DNA of 64,000 bases, from the IMG/VR virus record IMGVR_UViG_3300050343_000159, one strand, 5' to 3'. The notes beneath the pieces were generated by a model. The model was not told the DNA's origin, did not search any database, and saw nothing but the letters and a program-made list of their open reading frames with translations. This document shows positions 1-9,704 of this stretch, piece after piece. How positions within the stretch are numbered: position 1 is the stretch's first letter; each line of letters opens with the position of its first letter. The stretch comes from a virus (lineage: Duplodnaviria > Caudoviricetes). Both the position numbers and the translations under genes were made by a program.

Positions 1-352
1 AACTCTGGTGGTATTGCAATTGGTGAAGCTAAGACACTAAACTTTATTGGTAGTGGTAACACCTTCGCACAGAACGGTGATACTATTGATATCTCCATCT
101 CTGGTGGTAGTGGAGGAGGTGGTCTAGGAACCGCTATTAACTACAGTGATGAAACACCCACACCATTCAGTTACATTGACTCACATGTAACTGTAACTAG
201 TAACCTACTGATTGATACAGAGAACGCTGGATTAACCACATCCTATGTTGTATCAGTTGTTCCAAATGTTGAAGTTGCTTCTGGTGTTGCACTTACCGTT
301 GGAACTGTGTAAGACTATGATTATTGATATCCTACAGATCGGAGACCTCTGA
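1..352 (+). CDS. 3' end of a fibre-associated structural protein (partial; one indel near 308)
   Basis: Frame 1 is open from base 1 (NSGGIAIGEAKTLNFIGSG...GGGGLGTAINY...VALTVGT). After a shift it continues KTMIIDILQIGDL* with TGA at 350-352, which overlaps an ATG at 352. Confidence 0.6.
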
Positions 353-1859
353 TGTCACTGCAGTCAGTGGAATTGTTACTTATTATGGTGATGGTTCACA
401 ACTTACTGGGATTGAATCTGGTGTAGTTAATTTTGTAGCAAGTGGTGCTATTGCTAATGGTCAGACAGTAGTTATCAATACTGATGGAACTGTTGGTATT
501 GTTACTCAAACAAGTTCCGCAGATCCAAGTGCTGGTACTGCTGTGATATTTAATAGTGGTGTAACTGATTCTAAAACATCAATTGCATTTGACTCCAATA
601 GTAATAAAGTAGTTATTGCTTATTGTGATACTAGCAATTCAAGTCGTGGAACAGCAATTGTTGGAACTGTATCTGGAACATCAATTAGTTTTGGTAGTGA
701 AGTTGTATATAATACTGGTAGTACCGATGACAGCGTAGCAGTATTTGACTCTACTAATGGTAAAGTAGTTATTGTTTATAGAGATAGTAGCAACGGTAAT
801 TATGGAACAGCAATAGTTGGTACTGTATCAGGTACTAGTATCAGTTTTGGTAGTGAGGTAGTATTTAATTCTGGTAATACTAGTCATATTGCAGCAGTAT
901 TTGACTCTACTAATGGTAAAGTAGTTATTTCTTATAGGGATCATGCTGACTCTGGAAAAGGCAAAGCAATTGTTGGAACTGTAAGTGGCACATCAATTTC
1001 CTTTGGTAGTGAAGTTCAATTTAAAGGTACTGGCGTTTATTATGTTGCATCAGCATATGACTCTACTAATGGCAAAGTAGTTATTGCTTATACGGATGAT
1101 GCTAACTCCAGCCGGGGAGCAGCAATTGTTGGAACTGTAAGTGGTACATCAATTAGTTTTGGTAGTGAAGTTATATATGAAACTGGTACTATCCAAAGTG
1201 GTACTACCCCAGCAGCAACATTTGACTCTACTAATGGTAAAGTAGTTATTGTTTATAGAGATGAAAATAACTCTAATTATGGTACTGCAATTGTTGGAAC
1301 TGTAAGCGGAACTAGTATTAGTTTTGGTACTGCTGTTGTATTTAATAGTGGAACCAGTACTAATTTTGGAGCAACATTTGACTCTACTAATAATAAAGTA
1401 GTTATTGCTTATACTAATGCAAGTAACTCTAGTTATGGAACAGCAATTGTTGGAACTGTAAGTGGAACATCAATTAGTTTTGGTACTCCTGTTGTTTTTG
1501 AATCTGATAATACTTCTTTTTGTTCAGCAGTATATGACTCTAACAGTGGTAAAGTAGTTATTACCTATAGGGATTATGCTAACAGTGAATATGGAACATG
1601 TGTTGTTTTTAGTGTCACAAGTACATCAACCAACCTCACTACAGAAAACTATATTGGTATTGCAGCAGAAGCAATTGCTAATACAGCAACTGGTAAAATC
1701 AATGTTGTTGCTGGAACTAATTCAGGTCAAACTGGACTCACTACAGCACAAAAATATTTTGTTCAACCAAATGGTACTCTTGCTACTTCTGCTGGTAGTC
1801 CATCAGTAGTTGCTGGTACTGCTATATCATCTACAAAAATCGTAGTACAAAAATCATAA
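324..1859 (+). CDS. Propeller-fibre paralogue A: 7-blade beta-propeller protein lacking the N-terminal shaft module
   Basis: Seven ~52 aa repeats (FDSTNGKVVIxYRD...AIVGTVSGTSISFG) and the C-terminal NLTxENYIGIAAEAI module shared with B-D. The ORF start is a TTG inside the upstream gene. Confidence 0.7.
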   Translation: MISYRSETSDVTAVSGIVTYYGDGSQLTGIESGVVNFVASGAIANGQTVVINTDGTVGIVTQTSSADPSAGTAVIFNSGVTDSKTSIAFDSNSNKVVIAYCDTSNSSRGTAIVGTVSGTSISFGSEVVYNTGSTDDSVAVFDSTNGKVVIVYRDSSNGNYGTAIVGTVSGTSISFGSEVVFNSGNTSHIAAVFDSTNGKVVISYRDHADSGKGKAIVGTVSGTSISFGSEVQFKGTGVYYVASAYDSTNGKVVIAYTDDANSSRGAAIVGTVSGTSISFGSEVIYETGTIQSGTTPAATFDSTNGKVVIVYRDENNSNYGTAIVGTVSGTSISFGTAVVFNSGTSTNFGATFDSTNNKVVIAYTNASNSSYGTAIVGTVSGTSISFGTPVVFESDNTSFCSAVYDSNSGKVVITYRDYANSEYGTCVVFSVTSTSTNLTTENYIGIAAEAIANTATGKINVVAGTNSGQTGLTTAQKYFVQPNGTLATSAGSPSVVAGTAISSTKIVVQKS

Positions 1860-1870
1860 ATAACTAAAAA
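1856..1870 (+). promoter_or_regulatory. T4-type late promoter (ATAAATA core, extended ATAAATAACTAAAAA)
   Basis: Matches the T4 gp55 late consensus TATAAATA; 10 nt upstream of paralogue B. Confidence 0.7.
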
Positions 1871-1879
1871 TATAGATCT

Positions 1880-3688
1880 ATGTCAGGTTTAAGAGTAAAT
1901 ACTTTAAGAGGAGAGACATCAGGATCTTCTCCAACATTTCCTGATGGTGTCGTTGTAACTGGAGTTACCACTGCAACAAGTTTTAGTGGAAATGTAACTG
2001 GTAACGTAACTGGTAACGTAACTGGTAATATAACAGGAACCACAGGAACATTTACTGGCAATGTATCAGTTGGTGGAACACTAACATATGAGGATGTAAC
2101 TGATATTGATTCTGTTGGTGTTATAACCGCAAGAAGTGGAATTAGAATTGGTGCAGGTCAGAGTGTAAGTGCAGTCAGTGGTAATTGTTACATATTATGG
2201 TGATGGATCAAAATTATCTGGTGTTGAATCTGGTGTTGGTAATTTTGTAGCAAGTGGTGACATTGGTAATGGTCAAACAGTAATCATTAAAACAGATGGG
2301 ACTGTTGGTATTGTTACTCAACAGGTTCTGCAAATCCATCTGTTGGTAGTCTGTGATATTTAATGACTGCAGTGTTCTAACGGTACAGCATAGCATATGA
2401 TTCACTAATGCTGGTAAGTAGTTATTGCTTATAGGATAATAGTAACTGGTAAGTATGGTACAGCAATTGTTGGAACTGTAGATGCTAGTAATAATTCAAT
2501 TAGTTTTGGTTCTGAAGTTACGTTTAATAGTGGAGGTACTAATGAACCAATGTATGATGTAGTATTTGATTCCAATAGTAAAAAGTAGTTATTGCTTATG
2601 TTCATGAATATTGATGACTGGTGGTTCATGGTACAGCAATTGTTGGTACTGTATCTGGTACTAGTATTAGTTTTGGTTGTTGTCAGTATATAGGAGTGGA
2701 AATACTGCATCTACGGTTACAGCAGCATTTGACTCTACTAATAGAAAAAGTAGTTATTGCTTATAGGCATGATGATAGCAATAAAGGTAAAGCAATTGTT
2801 GGAACTGTAAGTCAGGTACATAGTATTAGTTTTGGTTCTGAAGTGAATTTTAATAACGGTGCAGAAACTAATACATACTGCAACAGTATTTGACTCTACT
2901 AATAATAAAGTAGTTATTTCTTATCAGGATGGTGGTAACTCTAATTATGGAACAGCAATTGTTGGAACTGTATCTGGTACTAGTATTAGTTTTGGTAGTG
3001 AATCAGTGTTCTAATAATGCCACTCAATATATGCAACATGTACATTTGACTCAACTAACAATAAAATAGTTATTGCTTATAGAGATAGTACTGGCAACAG
3101 TAACTATGGAACAGCGAGTTGTAGGAACTGTAAGCGGTACATCAATTAGTTTTGGTACTCCTGTTGTAGTATTGAATACTGCTAGTTCTACAAACCAATC
3201 ATCAGTATATGACTCAAATAATAATAAAAGTAGTTATTTCTTATAGAGATGATGGCAACTCTGATTCTGGTACAGTAATTGTTGGAACTGTTTCTGGTAC
3301 TAGTATCAGTTTTGGTTCTGAAGTAGTATTTAATAGTGGAAATACTGTTTATAATTCATGCACATTTGACTCTACTAATAACAAAACAGTTATTGCTTTA
3401 GGGATGTTCCCAACTCTAATTATGGAACAGCAGTTGTTTTTAGTAGTGATAGTTTAGTAACAAACCTAACTGCAGAAAACTATATTGGTATTGCAGCAGA
3501 AGCAATTTCTAATGGAGCAACTGGTAAAATTAATATTGTTGGTGGAGTAAATACAGGTCAAACTGGTCTTACTACAGCACAAACATATTATGTTCAAAAA
3601 TGGTACTCTTGCTACTTCTGCTGGTAATCCATCAGTAGTTGCTGGTACTGCTATATCAGACACAAAAGTCCTGGTATGGAAATCATAA
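1880..3688 (+). CDS. Propeller-fibre paralogue B (frameshifted many times in this sequence)
   Basis: N-terminal MSGLRVNTLRG...YEDVTDIDSVGVITARSG shaft. Seven propeller repeats can be traced at DNA level across shifting frames. Same C-terminal module, ending KS* at 3686-3688. Confidence 0.7.
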
Positions 3689-3699
3689 ATAACTAAAAA
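3685..3699 (+). promoter_or_regulatory. T4-type late promoter
   Basis: ATAAATAACTAAAAA upstream of paralogue C. Confidence 0.7.
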
Positions 3700-3708
3700 T
3701 ACCATCAG

Positions 3709-5534
3709 ATGTCAGATGTATTAGTTGACAATATAAAGAATAGAGCAGGTGGTGCTGTTGGAGCTCCATCTGGAGTAGTTGTTACTGGTGTTATTACTGC
3801 AACTAGTTTTGTTGGTTCTGGAGCATCACTTACAGGTATTGATGCCACTACACTAAAAGACTCTGGTGGTAATGTAAAAGTACAAGCAAATACATCTGGC
3901 ATAGTAGTTACTGGTGTTTCTACATTTAGTGGTAATGTATCAGTTGGCAAAACACTGACTTATGAAGATGTAACAAATGTTGATTCTGTTGGTGTTGTTA
4001 CTGCTAGAGCAGGTATTAAAATTGGTGCAGGGCAGAGCGTTTCCGCAGTCAGTGGGATTGTTACATATTATGGCGATGGATCAAAATTATCTGGTGTAGA
4101 ATCTGGTGTAGTTAATTTTGTTGCAAGTGGTGACATTGCTAATGGTCAGACAGTAATTATCAAAACAGATGGAACTGTTAGTACTGTTACTAGACAGGTT
4201 CTGCATATCCTATTGTTGGTTCTCTACTTTAGTTGCTAATCTGCTGGTGTTATGATGGATCATGCATATGACTAGCACCAACAATAAAGTAATTATTGCT
4301 TATAAGAAACTTTTAACTCTAATGATGGTACAGCAATTGTTGGTACTGTTTCTGGAAGTAGTATTACTTTTGGTACTGAAGTTGTATTTGCATCCGCTGG
4401 TGGACATGCTCACTGTTTCGGCAACATATGACTCTAACAGTGGAAAGTAGTTATTGCTTATAGAGATGGTGGTAACTCTGATCCGATGGTACAGCAATTG
4501 TTGGTACTGTTTCTGGAACATCAGTATTAGTTTTGGTACTAAAAGTTGTATTTCAAACTGGTAATATTGACTGATATCACATAACATATGACTCTACTAA
4601 TCAAAAAGTAGTTATTGCTTACTCAGGGATAACTGGCAACTGGGTACTCGTGGTAACAGCACTAGTTGGTACTGTATCTGGTACTGATATCAGTTATGGT
4701 TCTAAGGCAGTATTTAACAGTGGAAGTACTGGATTTGAATCATGTGCATTTGACTCTACTAATGGTAAAGTAGTAATTGCTTATAGGGATCAGGGCGACG
4801 GTAATCAGGGAAAATCAGTTGTAGGAACTGTTTCTGGAACATCAATTAGTTTTGGTAGTGAAGTTGTATTTAATAGTGGAGATACTAGATTGACAGCATC
4901 CACATTTGATTCCACTAATGGAAAAGTAGTTGTTGCCTATAGGGATTATGGCAACAACGAATATGGAACAGCAATTGTAGGAACTGTATCTGGTACTAGT
5001 ATTAGTTTTGGTTCTGAAGTGGTGTTTAATGCTGTTAATAGTACTAGTATTCAATGCACATATGACTCCACTAAAAGTAAAGTAATTATTATTTACAAGG
5101 ATAACAACCCAGAAAGTGGCAGAGCAATTGTTGGTACTGTAAGTGGAACTAGCATTAGTTTTAGTGCTGAGACAGAGTTTGAAGATGGAGGTGTTGCCTA
5201 CACCTCATGTGCATATGACTCTACTAATGAAAAAACAGTTGTTGTTTATCAGGATCCTGGTAACTCTAACTATGTCACATCTGCGGTCATTACTACTGAT
5301 AGTGTAATACCCAACCTAACTGCTGAAAACTATATTGGTATTGCAGCAGAAGCAATCTCTAATGGAGCAACTGGTAAAATTAATGTTCTCACTGGAACTA
5401 ATACAGGTCAAACTGGTTTAACAACAGCAAAGACATATTATGTTCAGAATAATGGAGGTATCAGCACATCACCTGGTAATCCATCAGTAGTTGCTGGTAC
5501 TGCTATATCAGACACAAAAATAGTAGTCAGATAA
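3709..5534 (+). CDS. Propeller-fibre paralogue C (frameshifted between ~4200 and 4650)
   Basis: ORF pieces 3709-4239 and 4650-5534 together give the same architecture as D. Seven propeller repeats counted. Confidence 0.75.
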
Positions 5535-5536
5535 GA

Positions 5537-5552
5537 TATAAATAACTAAAAA
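5537..5552 (+). promoter_or_regulatory. T4-type late promoter
   Basis: TATAAATAACTAAAAA upstream of paralogue D. Confidence 0.75.
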
Positions 5553-5561
5553 TACCATAAG

Positions 5562-7364
5562 ATGTCACAATTATTCGTTGACAATATAAAGAATAGATCA
5601 GGTGGTGCTGTTGGAGCTCCATCTGGAGCAGTTGTCACTGGTGTTGTAACTGCAACAAGGTTTGTTGGCTCTGGAACATCATTAACAGGTATTGATGCTA
5701 CTGCATTAAAAGACTCTGGTGGTAATATAAAAGTACAGGCAAATACCTCTGGTATAGTGGTTACTGGTGTATCAACATTTACTGCAAATGTTTCTGTGGG
5801 TGGAACACTCACCTATGAAGATGTAAAAAATGTTGATTCTGTTGGTCTTATTACAGCAAGAAGTGGAATTAGAATTGGCGCAGGTCAAAGTGTAAGTGCA
5901 GTCAGTGGGATTGTTACATATTACGGAGATGGATCACAACTTACAGGTGTTGAGTCTGGTGTATCCAACTTTGTAGCGAGTGGTACTATTGCTAATGGTC
6001 AAACAGTAATCCTTAAAACTGATGGAACTGTAACAGGTGTTGCGACTGCTGGTGCTGGAACAACTTTTTCACCATCAGCAACCAACTATAGTGGCACTAA
6101 TGTTTGTGAAAATCATATAGCAACATATGATACAGCCAAAGATAGAGTAGTTATTTTTTATAAAGATCAAACAGGTGTTAATGGTTTTGCAGTAGTAGGA
6201 ACAGTCTCAGGAACAACTATTACTTTTGGAACTCCAGTATCAGCAATCAGTTCTCGACCAGCATATCATGACGCATGTTATGATGTGGCTTCTGGTAAAA
6301 TTGTATATGCTTTTAGAGATGATAATGATAGTGATAAAGGTGCAGTTCTTATTGGAACTGTAGATGCCAGTAATAATTCAATAAGTTTTGGTTCCAAAGT
6401 AGTATTTGAATCATCAGGCCCCGTTTCTTGGCCTGAAATTGCATATGATGTCAATGCACAAAAAGTTGTCATTGCATATAGTCAAGGAAGTAGTTATGCA
6501 GGAAAAGCAATTGTTGGAACTGTAGTTGGAAATAGTATGACTTTTGGAAGTATTGCAACTTTAGCGACCAGACCCTATGGAAAAGATATTGTATATCATG
6601 AAGCAGCTCAAAAGGTAGTCGTTTTTTATAAAGATGATAATTCCAACAAAGGTAAAGCAAAAGTAGGAACTGTAAATGGCACATCAATTACCTTTGGTTC
6701 TGAAGCAGAATTTGAGTCTGGAAGCATCGACAGTAGTTGGGTTGAATCATCATATGATCCTGTAAATGAAAAAGTGGTTGTTATTTATAACTCCAGTAAT
6801 GGAAAAGCAAATGTAGGAACTGTAAGTGGAACATCAATCACTTTTGGTACTTCACAAGTATTTTCTTCTGGAAGCACTGCACAGTTAGCTGTAGTGTATG
6901 ATGTAAATGCAGCAAAAACCATTATAATTTACAACACTAATAGTGATGGTAAGATTCGTGAATCAACAATAAGTGCAACAACTATTACTTTTGGAGATGA
7001 GGTCACTTGGACTCCACTTTCTCAGGAATATCCAGGAGCAACATATAATACATCCCAAGGTGCAACAGTAATAGGATTTAAGAATCCTTCTAATTCTGGT
7101 AGAGGTGATGCTATTGTTTATAAAGCAGAACAAATCAGTACCAACCTAACTGCAGAAAACTACATTGGTATTGCTGCAGAAGCAATTGCTAATACAGCAA
7201 CTGGTAAGGTAAACATTCTAGGTGGAGTAAATACAGGTCAAACTGGATTAACAACAGCAAAAACCTATTATGTTCAACCTGGTGGTTCTCTTGCTACTTC
7301 TGTTGGCAATCCATCAGTAGTTGCTGGTACTTCTGTGTCAAATACAAAAATCTTGATTAGATAA
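5562..7364 (+). CDS. Propeller-fibre paralogue D (intact, 600 aa; most diverged blades)
   Basis: Uninterrupted ORF: shaft with YEDVKNVDSVG motif, seven YD..KVV-type blades, and the NYIGIAAEAI C-terminal module. Confidence 0.8.
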   Translation: MSQLFVDNIKNRSGGAVGAPSGAVVTGVVTATRFVGSGTSLTGIDATALKDSGGNIKVQANTSGIVVTGVSTFTANVSVGGTLTYEDVKNVDSVGLITARSGIRIGAGQSVSAVSGIVTYYGDGSQLTGVESGVSNFVASGTIANGQTVILKTDGTVTGVATAGAGTTFSPSATNYSGTNVCENHIATYDTAKDRVVIFYKDQTGVNGFAVVGTVSGTTITFGTPVSAISSRPAYHDACYDVASGKIVYAFRDDNDSDKGAVLIGTVDASNNSISFGSKVVFESSGPVSWPEIAYDVNAQKVVIAYSQGSSYAGKAIVGTVVGNSMTFGSIATLATRPYGKDIVYHEAAQKVVVFYKDDNSNKGKAKVGTVNGTSITFGSEAEFESGSIDSSWVESSYDPVNEKVVVIYNSSNGKANVGTVSGTSITFGTSQVFSSGSTAQLAVVYDVNAAKTIIIYNTNSDGKIRESTISATTITFGDEVTWTPLSQEYPGATYNTSQGATVIGFKNPSNSGRGDAIVYKAEQISTNLTAENYIGIAAEAIANTATGKVNILGGVNTGQTGLTTAKTYYVQPGGSLATSVGNPSVVAGTSVSNTKILIR

Positions 7365-7383
7365 TCATAGTGTCGCATACTTC

Positions 7384-7398
7384 CTAAATAACTAAAAA
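7384..7398 (+). promoter_or_regulatory. T4-type late promoter
   Basis: CTAAATAACTAAAAA upstream of 7405. Confidence 0.65.
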
Positions 7399-7404
7399 CA
7401 CATT

Positions 7405-8199
7405 ATGTCCAGGATACAAGTAGACAACATTTTTGATAAGGTAGGAACAGGAGCTCCTACCTTTCCTGCTGGACTAACTGGTACCACAGGATCCTTTACT
7501 GGTAATGTGTCAATTGGTGGTACATTATCATATGAAGATGTAACTAATATTGACTCAATTGGTATTATCACTGCAAGAAGTGGTGTTGATGCAAGTGGGG
7601 CAAATGTTGTACTTGGGTTGAGTGGCGGATCTAGTGATGATAGATTAAAGTTTCATACTTCTGAAATTTATCAAGATACGAGTAGTTTCAAAATTATTAG
7701 TAACACTGGTGGAATTGTTCTCAGAGGAGGTGGTACAAACGCTTGGTCAAATGCATCAGGGGCTGAGGATTATATAGTTGCTACTGAAAATGGTTCTGTA
7801 GATCTTTATTATGACAACTCCAAGAAATTTGAAACCACTAATACTGGTGTAACAGTTACTGGTGCAGTCAGTGACTCAATCGGTCCATTGAGAAGACTTG
7901 GAGTTAACGCTCAGAGTGGTGCCTATGCATTTGTTGTTGGTGATGCTGGAAAAATTATAAGGTCATCAGGGAGTGGTGCTGCTCTTACTCTCAACCAAAA
8001 CATATTCACTGCTGGTGATATGATTTCAGTCTTCAATGTCGGTAGTGGTAATAATACAGTCGTACAAGGTTCGGGAGTTACATTGTATAATACTGCTGAT
8101 GCAGCAACTGGAACTAGAACAATAGCAGCAAAAGGAATGTGTACAATTGTTTGTACTGCTTCTAATGAGTTTGCTATTTCTGGTTCACAATTAACATAA
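7405..8199 (+). CDS. Short tail-fibre shaft/adaptor protein (pair 1)
   Basis: MSRIQVDNI...GAPTFPAG N-terminus, YEDVTNIDSIG motif and LYYDNSKKFET shaft motif. Confidence 0.65.
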   Translation: MSRIQVDNIFDKVGTGAPTFPAGLTGTTGSFTGNVSIGGTLSYEDVTNIDSIGIITARSGVDASGANVVLGLSGGSSDDRLKFHTSEIYQDTSSFKIISNTGGIVLRGGGTNAWSNASGAEDYIVATENGSVDLYYDNSKKFETTNTGVTVTGAVSDSIGPLRRLGVNAQSGAYAFVVGDAGKIIRSSGSGAALTLNQNIFTAGDMISVFNVGSGNNTVVQGSGVTLYNTADAATGTRTIAAKGMCTIVCTASNEFAISGSQLT

Positions 8200-8213
8200 G
8201 GAGATATTTAGAT

Positions 8214-9623
8214 ATGATGCAACAAATGTTACTTAGTTATGGTGGAGCATCTAAGGATTATTGGTCTTTAGGATTCAGAGCAAATGCTTATGATTCATTA
8301 ACTGCTGCTGCCAGTAATGGTCCAAGAGTAGATAGTTCTGGTAATGTTTATTCTTCATTTTATTTTGATGATAGTTCAGGTAATGGTGAAGTACTTGCAG
8401 GTCTTTTAAAAACTAATTCTGAAGGTGTGCTCCAGTGGGCTAGAGGATATACTGATACTTCAACCACTGTTGCTAATTATGGATTTGATGTTTCAAGTTC
8501 AGGTACTATACTTCATTCTGTTAGAACTGGTAACAAATATATTGAACATCAACTATTAGCAACTGATGGGACTACCACCAGTTGGATTAAAAGAATTGGT
8601 AATGGACCATCTACTAGTGACAGAATTATGGGAGAATTTGGTGTTAGAATTGGTGCTTCTGGAGGACATTATCTAACTGGAAAGGATAAAGATAACATTA
8701 TAAGTAATGATAAATTAGCACTTTTTAAATTGGATGCTACAGGAGGCATATCTTGGTCTAGAGCTATTTATTATTCATCAGGTCAAGATGTAAAACCTGG
8801 TAGATCGTTTGGTATTGACTCATCTGAAAATACTTATCATTGTATGGAATATTATTTGATGCCTATGGCATCAAATGGTTATAAAAAAGCAAGCACTATT
8901 GCGAAATATAATAGTTCTGGCACATTACAATGGAAGCAAGAGTATAAAATTGGTAGTTCTGATACTAATTGGGATCTAATTGATCTTAAAGGACTTGTTT
9001 GTGATAGTTCTGGAAATAGTTATGCTTTTGGTAGATATGTCCAAGCTTCACTTTTCAGTGGTGCTATAGGTATTATAATTAAATCAAATAGTAGTGGTAC
9101 TCTCCAATGGATTAAGCAAGTTCCAAAAGACTCTGATGGTTATGGTGGAGAAGTAGAATATAGTGGATCTATTGATAGTTCTGGAAATCTGTATGTAAAC
9201 ACTACTGGACGCCATAACAGTGATAGAACTAGTGTAGTAGTACATAAATTCAATAGTAGTGGAGTAGCTCAATGGTCAAGAAAGTTATATTATAATGCGG
9301 CAGTTGTGGATATGCCTTGGGGTTTTTGTTCTGTTGATAGTAATGATAATTTGTATGTAACTGCATATGCAACTGTATCAAGTGTAAGAAGAGTTTATCT
9401 TATAAAAGTTCCTAGTGATGGTACAGAAACAGGTGATTATGGTAATGTAACTTGGGCTTCAACAACCACTACATCAGTTAGTGATGTAGCAAGTGGAACT
9501 GGTTATGCAACAAATGCAAGTCCTTTAAGTGAGGCTTCTTTAAGTCAAGTCACTGCAACAATCACTATGCCACAAACTAATGTATCTTCTCCCTCTCTCA
9601 ATAATACTAGTTATCGATCATAA
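8214..9623 (+). CDS. Beta-propeller adhesin-like protein (pair 1 tip)
   Basis: Repeated DSSGNxY and KxNSSGTLQWxK motifs typical of propeller repeats. Starts 14 nt after the shaft gene. Confidence 0.6.
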   Translation: MMQQMLLSYGGASKDYWSLGFRANAYDSLTAAASNGPRVDSSGNVYSSFYFDDSSGNGEVLAGLLKTNSEGVLQWARGYTDTSTTVANYGFDVSSSGTILHSVRTGNKYIEHQLLATDGTTTSWIKRIGNGPSTSDRIMGEFGVRIGASGGHYLTGKDKDNIISNDKLALFKLDATGGISWSRAIYYSSGQDVKPGRSFGIDSSENTYHCMEYYLMPMASNGYKKASTIAKYNSSGTLQWKQEYKIGSSDTNWDLIDLKGLVCDSSGNSYAFGRYVQASLFSGAIGIIIKSNSSGTLQWIKQVPKDSDGYGGEVEYSGSIDSSGNLYVNTTGRHNSDRTSVVVHKFNSSGVAQWSRKLYYNAAVVDMPWGFCSVDSNDNLYVTAYATVSSVRRVYLIKVPSDGTETGDYGNVTWASTTTTSVSDVASGTGYATNASPLSEASLSQVTATITMPQTNVSSPSLNNTSYRS

Positions 9624-9677
9624 ACATATAGCAAACTAATATATCTTCCCCTACTAAGGGAGATGTTGATTAACTAT

Positions 9678-9693
9678 TATAAATAACTGAAAA
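9678..9693 (+). promoter_or_regulatory. T4-type late promoter
   Basis: TATAAATAACTGAAAA upstream of 9705. Confidence 0.75.
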
Positions 9694-9704
9694 GTGGATA
9701 AAAG

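Noticed and set aside
1994-2029. 12 bp tandem repeat GTAACTGGTAAC x3
   Set aside because: It encodes VTGN shaft repeats in a fibre gene; an ordinary coding repeat.
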